IMG/VR virus record: IMGVR_UViG_3300044977_000112
Source: an uncultured virus (IMG/VR IMGVR_UViG_3300044977_000112)
Taxonomy: Duplodnaviria > Heunggongvirae > Uroviricota > Caudoviricetes
Length of the DNA: 64,000 bases
Strand: one strand, 5' to 3'
In this document: one piece after another, positions 26,590 to 36,485 of the stretch
Layout: every line of letters begins with the position of its first letter
Numbering within the stretch: the first letter of the stretch is position 1
Notes under the pieces: model-generated
Database searches by the model: none
What the model was told of the DNA's origin: nothing
What the model saw: only the letters and a program-made list of their open reading frames with translations
Made by a program: the position numbers and the translations under genes

Positions 26590-29152
26590 AAACGGTTCGA
26601 GAGTATCGGCTCTGACTTATCAAAGCGACGAGTATGATCGCGCAGCGCAAAGAATCGAAGGCGTCTTGGCAACGCGATTCGTTCCGTCCTTGGACTACAT
26701 GCAATGCTGGGTCGATGGTGTACAAGTGAATCCAGACAGTGTGCATGAGTTGGGCGACGACGAAACCATTCTCGAAGAATCACCTGAAGAGGATCCTGCA
26801 AATGGCGATGTTCTCGCTCTGGCCATCGCCACGGCTGCAGAGCAAGGAGATCATGATTCCATCAATGCGCTCTTGAGACTGAGCAAGGATCAGGAAGGCT
26901 TGCATGGCCTGCTTGACGATCTCGGCGGTAGTGCCCACGAAAAGATAACTGAAGAGTACGTCGAAGAGGGTTGGTCTGCCGCCCAAACGAAGACGGGTAA
27001 ACTCAAAGCCGTCGGCAATGGGGAGCATGGTGGCAAGACTCTGTACGGCAAAGCGGCGGAACGGGCGTTGGGAATAAAGCGAAAGGAAAGTGAAGAGGAA
27101 GTCGCACAGAAGAAAGCGGCCCACGAGAAAACGGTTGCTGGCCTACGCAAGAAGATCGAAGCCCGCTCCGCGATCGATACGGCTTTAACTGATCCAGCCA
27201 AGCTCACTCACGAGCAATTACACGAACTGGCTGACCATCTGACGACCGTGAAGCGGGACGAACTGCGTGAGATCACTCGAGCCATTCGTGAGAAAGTGGG
27301 TGGCCTGAAAGCGGAATTGGCCGATCGATTGCTGGTTCATGTCAAGCAGCAACGAGAAATTCACGCTAGCCTCGACATGTCCAAGCTCGACGAAGAGACG
27401 CCAAAGGGACCGAGCAAACGCGGCCGCGATCCCGATAAGGAAAAGGATCGTGATGGTATGACGGGAGCGGAGCGGAAGGAGGCGGTGAGAGGTAAATCAG
27501 TTGGCCATCCAGCCATCGATTCATTACTCAATGCACGGCAATCCGCTTCGCCAAAGGTCAAGGATGCGATTGATGCCGCCCTTCACAATGTCGGCATTGA
27601 AGACCCCGAAAAGCCGCCGAAGAAGATTGACGCCGATCCCGAGAAGATTTCGCGGCGCCTGGTGAGTGTGCTGAATGACCTGGACACCAAGCCTGAGATC
27701 AGCGACCAGGACAAAGCCCCGATCATTGAGGCCCTGAAGCTCAATGGAGCGGAGCCGATTGGGACGAAAGGCGAAGTGGTGGATTTCGCGGGAAGTCATC
27801 ACGAGGGGCCGGCGGGAAGCTTCACGGGACATCGGCACGAGATCGTGAAGCCTGGATGGGTAATGAAACAGCCGGATGGGACGGAGCGAATTATTCAGAA
27901 AGCGGAAACAAAACCCACTGAAAAACCACAATCTGAGAAAACAACTGTTGACAAGTCTGGATCAGACAGTAATAGTACCCCTGTCGCTCCAAGTCCCACT
28001 TTGGGAGGAGCAAAACAGGGGGATGGGAAAATGGAAAAGCCCAGCAATACGCCAGATACGCGAACAGCGAACAAGCCAACGAAAAAGGATCAATTTGGCG
28101 AAGCGGGCAAAGATCATCCTGTTCAGGGCGTAGACAGAAAGCAGAGACTCGACGCATTGGCGAAGGCCGTACATAAAGGCTTCGGTGGCGACAGCGATCC
28201 GATGGGACTCCAGAAAGCGGGAGCCCCGAATGGCATTGACGTATCAAGCTTTGCCAATGATGTATCCGAAAGAATTGAGGAACGCGCAGTGGCCGGCACC
28301 GGAGTTGGGATGCGCGATCTCTATGATTCAGTCGGCGAAAAGTACGGCCTATCAAAATGGGACTTCCTGCGGGCCATGACAGCCGCGAATGATTTGGGAC
28401 GACTTCAGATGTCCAATTGGCACCAGACTCCGTTTGAGATTCCCGATCCAGAATTGGCCCCGGTCTTTGGGACGCGGATGCTATGGTGGGTCAAATCATC
28501 CCAGAAATCACCGTCGCCGGCCACTACCGCCGCCCCTGTCGCTCCAGAAAAGCCTTCTGGAGACAAAACAGGGGAGAAGAAGGTGGACGCAGTTCAAGAA
28601 CACCCATCCGTTGAGATCGCAAAAACCTGTCTCAATTCACGCGGAGGCAGTGGAGAATCTGTAGGACAAGCCAACCCCAAAATTCCGGACGCCGGGCGTC
28701 CGCACCTCAAGAAAGATGAGATTGCAGAGGTTCAGGATTATTTGGAAGAAGGAACTGCATACCACGAAATTAACGAAGAACTTAGACAGGGCGGGCGATT
28801 GCAGTATGGCGCGAAGACGCTTCAAGCCGCTATCGCCAAAGTTCCCAAGTTTTCTTCTCCAGTTAAAGCATCTCGCGGCATTGAAGTTCCAAAAGCCGAT
28901 CTGCCTGCGCTGCTCGAACAACTCAGGAGCGGTGAGTTCACTCATGCCGGTTTTGTCAGCGCTTCAACTCAAAGTCCGTTTCCGGGGAATGTCCAATTCG
29001 ACATAATCGCCCACCAAGGGCTTGATGCCAGTTTCTATGGAGCGAATGCTGGAGAGATTCTGCTTCCAGCAGGAACGCGGTTCAAGGTCAAGAGCGTGGA
29101 GCAAAAGGGCAACAGCGTGAAAGCCATCCTCGAACAAGTCGTGGAGGGCTAA
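26573..29152 (+). CDS. Mosaic protein: SAP/HeH-like, GrpE-head-like and C-terminal ADP-ribosyltransferase
   Basis: YHEINEELR..SRG..GFVSAST..GEILLPAGTRFKV (R-S-E ART); GEVVDF..HHE..IVKPGW..RIIQKA. Confidence 0.8.
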   Translation: MSRLPENGSRVSALTYQSDEYDRAAQRIEGVLATRFVPSLDYMQCWVDGVQVNPDSVHELGDDETILEESPEEDPANGDVLALAIATAAEQGDHDSINALLRLSKDQEGLHGLLDDLGGSAHEKITEEYVEEGWSAAQTKTGKLKAVGNGEHGGKTLYGKAAERALGIKRKESEEEVAQKKAAHEKTVAGLRKKIEARSAIDTALTDPAKLTHEQLHELADHLTTVKRDELREITRAIREKVGGLKAELADRLLVHVKQQREIHASLDMSKLDEETPKGPSKRGRDPDKEKDRDGMTGAERKEAVRGKSVGHPAIDSLLNARQSASPKVKDAIDAALHNVGIEDPEKPPKKIDADPEKISRRLVSVLNDLDTKPEISDQDKAPIIEALKLNGAEPIGTKGEVVDFAGSHHEGPAGSFTGHRHEIVKPGWVMKQPDGTERIIQKAETKPTEKPQSEKTTVDKSGSDSNSTPVAPSPTLGGAKQGDGKMEKPSNTPDTRTANKPTKKDQFGEAGKDHPVQGVDRKQRLDALAKAVHKGFGGDSDPMGLQKAGAPNGIDVSSFANDVSERIEERAVAGTGVGMRDLYDSVGEKYGLSKWDFLRAMTAANDLGRLQMSNWHQTPFEIPDPELAPVFGTRMLWWVKSSQKSPSPATTAAPVAPEKPSGDKTGEKKVDAVQEHPSVEIAKTCLNSRGGSGESVGQANPKIPDAGRPHLKKDEIAEVQDYLEEGTAYHEINEELRQGGRLQYGAKTLQAAIAKVPKFSSPVKASRGIEVPKADLPALLEQLRSGEFTHAGFVSASTQSPFPGNVQFDIIAHQGLDASFYGANAGEILLPAGTRFKVKSVEQKGNSVKAILEQVVEG

Positions 29153-29156
29153 TCCA

Positions 29157-29723
29157 ATGGGCTTACCGACACGAAATTGGGTCCGGTCCGGGATTGAGCG
29201 TTTGGATGGCCTGAAAAACCATTACGCCATTCTTTCGGAGAGGCAAATCAGATCGTGGTCCGAAAGAATGCCTCGCCTGGCAGTGTGGATTATGGAGTAC
29301 AGGACTACAGATGGAGTGATTCGATCGCGGCACTTGGCAAGGATCACTGATGATGTTTTCGGTGCCATTGCGTTCGCACGGCGCTGGGCCGGTGATGTCC
29401 GCAAGCTCGCCTCCAACACAGGTCTAAATGAATCGAGATATTGGGATACACGGACGAATCGCTATTGCCACGACTGGTTCGGGCGAATTCGGTTTGAACC
29501 GTTCAGCGATTTCGGTCCAGAAAACGAAAAGCACTATGGTATGACATGGGCGGACGAGGATCAGGAAGGCGTTCTGGAGGCGGTTGGCTTTGCTGAATTG
29601 GTGGTTCTTTCACCAGGAGAGGCACGGATTTTCTTTCGCAGGGTCTGCGAAGAATTCAAGGCGAATTGCAAAGGAAGAGATGGCGCGAGGTGGGCCGATT
29701 ATGCTCTTGAGAGGCTGCAATGA
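29157..29723 (+). CDS. Hypothetical protein coupled to the ART gene (candidate partner/immunity)
   Basis: Starts 4 nt after the ART stop; GGAGG RBS. Confidence 0.5.
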   Translation: MGLPTRNWVRSGIERLDGLKNHYAILSERQIRSWSERMPRLAVWIMEYRTTDGVIRSRHLARITDDVFGAIAFARRWAGDVRKLASNTGLNESRYWDTRTNRYCHDWFGRIRFEPFSDFGPENEKHYGMTWADEDQEGVLEAVGFAELVVLSPGEARIFFRRVCEEFKANCKGRDGARWADYALERLQ

Positions 29724-29935
29724 CCCCCCATACCCTCACCCAACTCCGCACCGCCCGCAAGCTCTCGGTCGCGGAATTGGCCAAGCTCACTGGCCTCTCC
29801 CGGGCCGCGATCTACAACTACGAGTCCGGGAAACGCAAGCCGACCTTCGAGGCTCTGTGCAAGCTGGCCACGGCTCTCAAGGTGAGCGTGGAGAAGTTTC
29901 GAGAAGTAATCGCCATTGCTCCGTCGTTCGGATAA
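29720..29935 (+). CDS. XRE-family HTH protein
   Basis: LRTARKLSVAELAKLTGLSRAAIYNYESGKRKP. Confidence 0.9.
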   Translation: MTPHTLTQLRTARKLSVAELAKLTGLSRAAIYNYESGKRKPTFEALCKLATALKVSVEKFREVIAIAPSFG

Positions 29936-29946
29936 GATAGCTCTTA

Positions 29947-32900
29947 ATGAGCCTCTTGCTTCTGGGAGCTGGGCCAACAACACCGTCGGTGTCTCCGCCA
30001 CCGCCCCCAAGCGGTGGAACGTACTGGGCTCCGGGCTACTTCGCTCCCAGATACTTCAGTCGCGGTTATTACGCGAAAGAAGTGGCAGCGGCAACGTTCA
30101 GGCTTTCCCCTAATTCCGGTCTCGTTTCGGCAAATACAAACACCATAGCAACGGGAACCAATACCGCCTGGACCAGCGGGACTATATTTTCGGCCAGTGG
30201 TGTGGCAGGTACGTCAGTAGTCACCAATTCAATCAACGTCGGCGCTCAAACCGCCAGCCTTACCATTAACGCCGGTTCAACACCTGGCCTGGCCACGATC
30301 GGCGATTCGACCGATACGGCCACTGCTCTTTTTTCGGTGTCGCCTCCACCTCCTCCCGCATCATTTTCTCTGTCGCCGTCTGGTGGCCCAAGTTCGACGA
30401 GTACGCCTGCCACGGCGACAGGGACGAGTACAAGTTGGACGAGCGGGACCACCTTTTCTTCGGGGGGGCTGGCAGGAACGACGGTAACAACCAATTCGAT
30501 CAATGCGGGGGCGCAGACGGCCAGTTTAACTGTGGTTGCTGGCGCGACTACAGGCGCGGCAACTATCAGTGATTCCACTGACTCAGCAACGGCGTCTTTC
30601 ACGGTATCGCCTTTATCTCCACCACCTCCACTTGTCCTCGACCTCGCTCCGTCTCCCGAGGCCGCTTACGTTGTCCCGGGCAATGCCGTCAACGACGTGT
30701 TTTGGCACAGCTCTCCATACGGAAGCATCACGTCGTACAAGGTCTATCGCAATACTGTAAACACGTTTGGCACAGCATCTATCATCCACACCGAGACGGG
30801 ATCGGCTCGCCAGTACACTGATACATCAGTGAGCAATGGCACGACATATTACTACTGGGTTACGGCGGTTAATTCTGTTGGTGAGGGCGTTGCTACTCCA
30901 GCCGTGACCTATCCCGCGAATGTGGCCTATCCAGCTGTCACAGCGGTAGTGCCAAGTTCGGTTTATCCCGCGACGATGCTCCCTGGATTTGTCGAATGGT
31001 GGCCACTCACAGAGACGAGTAACGGCACAACCACAGTTAATCGCAGTGGCACCAGTCCAGCCTACTGGACGAATCAGATGATCGATTACCCGCGAACGGG
31101 TAGTGGGTATGTCTCGTCAGTAACAGGCATCAACGGCAATCAAGCATGTCTCTTCGCCAGCGGGAACGCCCTCAATACGAACTGGATAGACCGTTTTTCG
31201 CCGGGTATTGGCAATCTGGGATACACGGCATTCATTCGCATCAACAAGACTGGCGGCAATCTCGGCAACATTTACTATGTTAGTTCCCAGGATGGTACTT
31301 ATCCAAACATCTCTGGCACAGTCGGCTATTTTGTAGTGTCATTCACGGCTCTTGGAGTTCTTACAGTATCGTCTATGGGTTATCGCGGCGGGGCAGTCAC
31401 CACAGTTACGTCATCGGTGACAATATCTTCAGGGCAGATCTATTCTGTCGCGGCCGGTTACGATCCAGTGAATAACTGGATATTCCTGATTGTGGTGGAC
31501 AATGCAACGAACACTTATCACATCAACATGTCCAGTCCATGCGGTCCGCAAGGTGTCTCTCGTTACGTTAACACGGCCTCACTCAGTGGCAACAACACGA
31601 CCTACGAGTGTTCGGTGTTTCGAGCTGCATTGACGCAGGCCCAGGTGATGTTCCTGCACAATTCGGGTGTCCCTTTAACCCCAACTCAGGTTCGCTTCGC
31701 CCCTCCTCTCGATCCAGGAACAGCGCCCTGGACTTGTTATCGTCAGTACAGCACGACCACTTTTGATAGCACGGAGCTTCGGCAGGGAGCCTATCCGGTT
31801 CCGGGGATGGCTTTTTACTGTGTTTATCCACTCTATCTTTGGAATCCCACATTAGCGGCATCGAAAGGAAGATATGTTTGGACGTATAGCGGCGACCACG
31901 TCAGCGGCACGACGAACGGGATCTGGATTGGGTTCAGTAATGATCGCGGCATACCACCTACTAGTTTCGTCAAGATTACCGGGGACGGTGGACCGAACGA
32001 CGGTTACACGTATGCGCTGCTGATCGGGCCATCGATCTTCAATGTTCCTACCGATCCCAGTTCTTTGCCTTTCTACGTCGTCTATCACGCATACGGCGGT
32101 GCTGGTTCTGGCGGCACACCTCAGCCGATGTACTTGTTCAATTCGGCGGACTTTGTTTCGTACACCGGTCAAGGTCCGATCATAATCCCTATCAACACGC
32201 CGATAATTAGGGACTTCGGCGGCTATCAGGTTGTGATTACTCCCAGTGGATTGCCGGGTGTTACTCAGTTCCATTTTTACGTTCTCGGTCAGGATTCCAG
32301 CGGTTCGTATTATTGCCTTCCGACTACCAATCCAAAAAATGTACTTCTGACGGCGGATACTCAACCGCTCGATTTCAATACGGCAATCGGTACGGCTCTA
32401 AGCAACGAGAACTGGAGTCAGGGCACTATCTTTTCGGTTACTTCCGGTGTGTATGCGAACGGTACTTCCAGCCTCGACTACAGCCGTGGTGAAAGCATCG
32501 TTCAGTTGCTTCAGGACGGCGCGACAACGCAGTGGAGAATCCCGAACGGAAAGTGTTGGCGGTTCGGTCCAATCGACACAGCCGCTTACCCCGCGATAGG
32601 GTATACGCAGTATGTGAAAGGCCTGACCGAGAGCGGCATCTTCGGCAACTATCGTCTGACGGGATATAGCGGCACATCGGACGGTACGTCAAATCTGATT
32701 GGTGAGTTTGTCGGTTTTGAAAGTGCGGTATTCGACGTGACAGCTGCGATGAGCGCGGTTCCTTTCGGATGTTATGCGACCGTGGCATCGGGCGTGCCGT
32801 CGATAGTGATGTGCGATGCTTTACCTCATCGCAGTTTCAATCTGTACCGTACGCTTTATGGCGGCAGTCCGTCTTTGATCGGCACGTTCCCCACGACGCC

Positions 32901-34260
32901 AAGCAATAATCTGCTCACGTATGCGGACAATGCGGCGTCTCTTAATCAGAGATATAGTTACCAAGTCGCGACGAATAACGCGGGTACGTTGACTTATGGA
33001 GCTGTGATCTGGTGTACGCCATGCACCGTGACGGCCACGCCCGCCCCGAATACCGTGACGATTGCTTTCACTGCGAATACCGCGGGGGCAACTTACAACC
33101 TGTATAAGTTCCCGGTTTCTCTGTTCACATGGTATTTGACCACCGCGTACCAAGTGGCAACGGGGCAGGCGGCAGGCAGTATCTTGTGGACCGCGGGCGG
33201 TGACACAACAACGTATGCTTTCATGGTGACGGAAGTGATCGGTGGCGTGGAGTCGGTCTGCTGCATGATCCAGTCAGCGGCCCAAGCTCCGACGGCTTTG
33301 TTGAACTACACGCCAGCGACATCGGGAGGCACACTCACACGATCCAGCGTTGCCAGCTACTTGAATGGCTCTCAAGTGTGGACATCAGTCAGTTCCAACG
33401 TATTGCGTAACAGCCATCAGGTTTTGAATCCCAACACGAGCTTATATGAAACCACGACGTTGCTGGAAGTCAGTCGGGTAAACCCATTTCTTAATTCAGC
33501 CGCACCGGCAACCCAGAGTATCAGTCTCGCGACGAATAGTTACATCCTGTCGGTCTACGGTACAGGATCTATCGCCGTCACCGGGGCAACCACGGGGAAT
33601 GGTACGGCCTCCGCAGGATCGCCGTTATTGTTCACGGTGGCCAGCGGCCCTATCAGCGTAACTTTCACAGTCACCGGAACTCTTACCAACGCCCAGGTCG
33701 AGGCCGTTACTTCCAGTGTCACAGTCAATGGATATTCATCACCGATCCTCACCACAAGTTCATCGGTTACCCGCCAAACAGAGACATACAGTCTGCCCTA
33801 TTCCGCGGCCCCTCAATCGATGACGGTCTACGTTCGGATGTTCGATGCCGGAATCGCCGGACTGGCATCTAACGCCTACGTATTCACCATTGGCGGCTCA
33901 TCGGGTTCGGCTCTACGTATTGAGCGAACCAGTACGGCATGGGCTGTTACATATGACAATGCTTCGACGAGTACATTAACTGAGAATTTGACCAAGACCA
34001 ATAACCGTGGCGACCTGATCGAATTGCGGGCGGTCATCACGGCCACGGGGCAAATTTATATCGGCTGCTCTGTCAATGGTGCGGCGGAGACAGTTTCTTC
34101 GACATCCGCCGCCAACGGGATCGCCCCGAGTTGGAACGCGGCGACGTGTTGGTTGAACTCAAATGCGACCTTCACGTATGGTCTGTGCGCTTTCACGAAC
34201 GTCTACGTGGCGGCTGGTGTTTATACGCTGGCTCAAATGCAAGCACTAGCGGGGACATAA
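29947..34260 (+). CDS. Large fibre/adhesin protein (tandem Ig-like repeats, FN3, LamG-like domains)
   Basis: Two ~85-aa repeats (FxLSP..TGT.T.WTSGT.FS); YKVYR..YTDTSV.NGTTYYYWVTAVNSVGEG; Ser/Thr/Gly rich. Confidence 0.8.
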   Translation: MSLLLLGAGPTTPSVSPPPPPSGGTYWAPGYFAPRYFSRGYYAKEVAAATFRLSPNSGLVSANTNTIATGTNTAWTSGTIFSASGVAGTSVVTNSINVGAQTASLTINAGSTPGLATIGDSTDTATALFSVSPPPPPASFSLSPSGGPSSTSTPATATGTSTSWTSGTTFSSGGLAGTTVTTNSINAGAQTASLTVVAGATTGAATISDSTDSATASFTVSPLSPPPPLVLDLAPSPEAAYVVPGNAVNDVFWHSSPYGSITSYKVYRNTVNTFGTASIIHTETGSARQYTDTSVSNGTTYYYWVTAVNSVGEGVATPAVTYPANVAYPAVTAVVPSSVYPATMLPGFVEWWPLTETSNGTTTVNRSGTSPAYWTNQMIDYPRTGSGYVSSVTGINGNQACLFASGNALNTNWIDRFSPGIGNLGYTAFIRINKTGGNLGNIYYVSSQDGTYPNISGTVGYFVVSFTALGVLTVSSMGYRGGAVTTVTSSVTISSGQIYSVAAGYDPVNNWIFLIVVDNATNTYHINMSSPCGPQGVSRYVNTASLSGNNTTYECSVFRAALTQAQVMFLHNSGVPLTPTQVRFAPPLDPGTAPWTCYRQYSTTTFDSTELRQGAYPVPGMAFYCVYPLYLWNPTLAASKGRYVWTYSGDHVSGTTNGIWIGFSNDRGIPPTSFVKITGDGGPNDGYTYALLIGPSIFNVPTDPSSLPFYVVYHAYGGAGSGGTPQPMYLFNSADFVSYTGQGPIIIPINTPIIRDFGGYQVVITPSGLPGVTQFHFYVLGQDSSGSYYCLPTTNPKNVLLTADTQPLDFNTAIGTALSNENWSQGTIFSVTSGVYANGTSSLDYSRGESIVQLLQDGATTQWRIPNGKCWRFGPIDTAAYPAIGYTQYVKGLTESGIFGNYRLTGYSGTSDGTSNLIGEFVGFESAVFDVTAAMSAVPFGCYATVASGVPSIVMCDALPHRSFNLYRTLYGGSPSLIGTFPTTPSNNLLTYADNAASLNQRYSYQVATNNAGTLTYGAVIWCTPCTVTATPAPNTVTIAFTANTAGATYNLYKFPVSLFTWYLTTAYQVATGQAAGSILWTAGGDTTTYAFMVTEVIGGVESVCCMIQSAAQAPTALLNYTPATSGGTLTRSSVASYLNGSQVWTSVSSNVLRNSHQVLNPNTSLYETTTLLEVSRVNPFLNSAAPATQSISLATNSYILSVYGTGSIAVTGATTGNGTASAGSPLLFTVASGPISVTFTVTGTLTNAQVEAVTSSVTVNGYSSPILTTSSSVTRQTETYSLPYSAAPQSMTVYVRMFDAGIAGLASNAYVFTIGGSSGSALRIERTSTAWAVTYDNASTSTLTENLTKTNNRGDLIELRAVITATGQIYIGCSVNGAAETVSSTSAANGIAPSWNAATCWLNSNATFTYGLCAFTNVYVAAGVYTLAQMQALAGT

Positions 34261-34263
34261 TAA

Positions 34264-35940
34264 ATGGCACTCGGGGCTAACTCAATCATTGATGTAAGGT
34301 CTGGCGGCTCAGACACTGCCAATGGCGGTTCATTCAACACTGGATACAGTGGCTCGTTGACATTCCCATCCGACGGAGCGGCAACTGTCGCCAACACGAG
34401 CAGTCCAGTATTCTCGTCGGCCAGTTATAATTTTGTTTCCGGCGATGTGGGCGCATGGCTTTACATCAAGTCCGGTAGCGGATGGATTCCTGGCTGGTAT
34501 CAGATTGCTTCAGTATCTTCCAATAAAGCCACTCTGACGGCCGGAGTTGGTACAGCAGTGTTGTTTTTTGAAGGCGCCCCGACCGGCTGGAACACGGTTG
34601 CCGGTTGCGCCACTACCGCTAGCCCCACTACCGCGACGTGGTCAATTGACTACAGTCAACAGCAGGCCGCCCAGTTTGCTCCGACTACTTACAGTAGCCC
34701 AAGTTCTTCAGCGTCAGCTATTATGAACTGGTCTGGTGCGACCAAGGCGATGGTCGGCAACGGGGTAGTCATTCCGACGGGCGTAACCGGGGCCACCGCT
34801 GGCTACTACCAGATTATTTCCGCCGTGGCCGGGACCAGCATTTCTTTTGATCGAAACTGGAACACGACCACAGTGACAACTGGTGGAGCGGCAATTGGCA
34901 TCGGTGGGGCATTGGCAAGTTACGGCATGGCGGCATCGATTGCCACGGTCGGCGGGATGTTGGTAGCGGTTAAGTACAACGCTTCTGTTTATCAAGCCAC
35001 CACGGCATCGACCAATGTCAGTGGCGGGTGTGTTTCCGGTGTGGCGGGCGTCATCTATTTTGGGTGGAATACACAGCGCTGGGTTGGCAATAATGATACG
35101 AGCTTGCCGACTTTTCAAATTGGGTCGGGAGTCGCGACGGCCACGCTGTTTGGTAATGCCTCGATTTATGCCGTTTGGAATATGATTTTGGATGGCAATT
35201 CGCAGACAACTTCAATCGGAGTGCGTACCAAAGGTATCGCCAATAATGTTCTGTTCAAGAATTTCACCGCTGGCGGTTTTCTGGACAATGGTTCTTCAAT
35301 CACTATTCCGAGCCTCTGTCAATTTTGCCAGTTCACGGGCTGTTCGCTGGTTGTCCCGTGCCAGGCGGCTATCGCTGATACGTGTGAAGGATATTCCAAC
35401 ACAATCACCCCTTTTACTGTCGGGTTCGCCAAGGACTGTCTGGCTTACGGCAACACTGGATCTACAGTGGACGGATTCTTGAACTGCACTCATATGGCAA
35501 ATTGCGACGGGTGGGACAATGGCCGAGACGGATCGCATTACACCACAAATTCAATTTTGTATACTGCCAATAACTGTATCATGGAAGATAATGTCGGCAA
35601 CGGCTTTAATGTGACGATCACCGCATCTACACTATTTTTACAGACATGCGCCACCTATGCGGGTGCAAATAGTCAAGTACGCAGTGCGACATCAGGATTT
35701 TATATCCAAGATGTGAATCCCCAGTCCCAGACATCGGGAAGTTATTTCACGAATGCCGCAGGCGGCGTGTTCCAGTTGAATGCTACTGGCGGCCAAGGTG
35801 CTACACTGAAGGCGATTGGTTACCCGGCAACGTTCCCGGCGGGATTGACCAACAACTACGCTGATGTGGGAGCCGCGCAGAGCCAAAATACGGGCGGAAC
35901 GTCGAGTATACTAGTTCCAATCCAGATGGATGCTCCATAA
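34264..35940 (+). CDS. Virion protein with beta-helix (pectin-lyase-like) region
   Basis: VRSGGSDTANGG N-terminus; NC..xxN..xG repeats; DVGAAQ C-terminus. Confidence 0.7.
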   Translation: MALGANSIIDVRSGGSDTANGGSFNTGYSGSLTFPSDGAATVANTSSPVFSSASYNFVSGDVGAWLYIKSGSGWIPGWYQIASVSSNKATLTAGVGTAVLFFEGAPTGWNTVAGCATTASPTTATWSIDYSQQQAAQFAPTTYSSPSSSASAIMNWSGATKAMVGNGVVIPTGVTGATAGYYQIISAVAGTSISFDRNWNTTTVTTGGAAIGIGGALASYGMAASIATVGGMLVAVKYNASVYQATTASTNVSGGCVSGVAGVIYFGWNTQRWVGNNDTSLPTFQIGSGVATATLFGNASIYAVWNMILDGNSQTTSIGVRTKGIANNVLFKNFTAGGFLDNGSSITIPSLCQFCQFTGCSLVVPCQAAIADTCEGYSNTITPFTVGFAKDCLAYGNTGSTVDGFLNCTHMANCDGWDNGRDGSHYTTNSILYTANNCIMEDNVGNGFNVTITASTLFLQTCATYAGANSQVRSATSGFYIQDVNPQSQTSGSYFTNAAGGVFQLNATGGQGATLKAIGYPATFPAGLTNNYADVGAAQSQNTGGTSSILVPIQMDAP

Positions 35941-35956
35941 CGAGAGGTGGTTTCTA

Positions 35957-36475
35957 ATGCCAACGCAAGAAGAATACGACAAGCTCAAAGGCGACCGCGA
36001 TGGGATCAATGCTTCGCTTTTGAAGGTACAAACGGCGTGCGACCAGAAGATTCAGGAGTTGCAGGATACAAAATCCGCCCACGTGGGCGAACTCGCTGCC
36101 CTGAAGGATCAAGTCGTAACGGCACGCGCTGATGCAAAGAAGCAACTGATCGACATGGCGGATCGGCACAATGCGGCCTTGGCTGCCGCCCTCAAGGATC
36201 AGAAAGATAGCAAAGAAGCGGCGGATGCGGCATCTTCTCTGCAAGCTCAATACATCCAGAAGGTGGACGCGATGCAAAAAAAGATTGAGGACTTGTTGAA
36301 GAGGGCTGCAGTCGATGCGGCGCGAATAGACAATCTGTGCAAGTCACATGCAAAAGAGATCAAAGATCTGAACAGCGCACACGCAAAAGAAATAGCCGAC
36401 TTGAAGGCTCAGCAGCAAAAGGACTTCATTCATTACGGGATCAAGGCAGCGATAACGGAAGCACTTGCCAAATAA
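35957..36475 (+). CDS. Coiled-coil protein
   Basis: Heptad, Ala/Lys/Gln-rich; HAKEI repeated. Confidence 0.6.
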   Translation: MPTQEEYDKLKGDRDGINASLLKVQTACDQKIQELQDTKSAHVGELAALKDQVVTARADAKKQLIDMADRHNAALAAALKDQKDSKEAADAASSLQAQYIQKVDAMQKKIEDLLKRAAVDAARIDNLCKSHAKEIKDLNSAHAKEIADLKAQQQKDFIHYGIKAAITEALAK

Positions 36476-36485
36476 GGGGTAGGCT

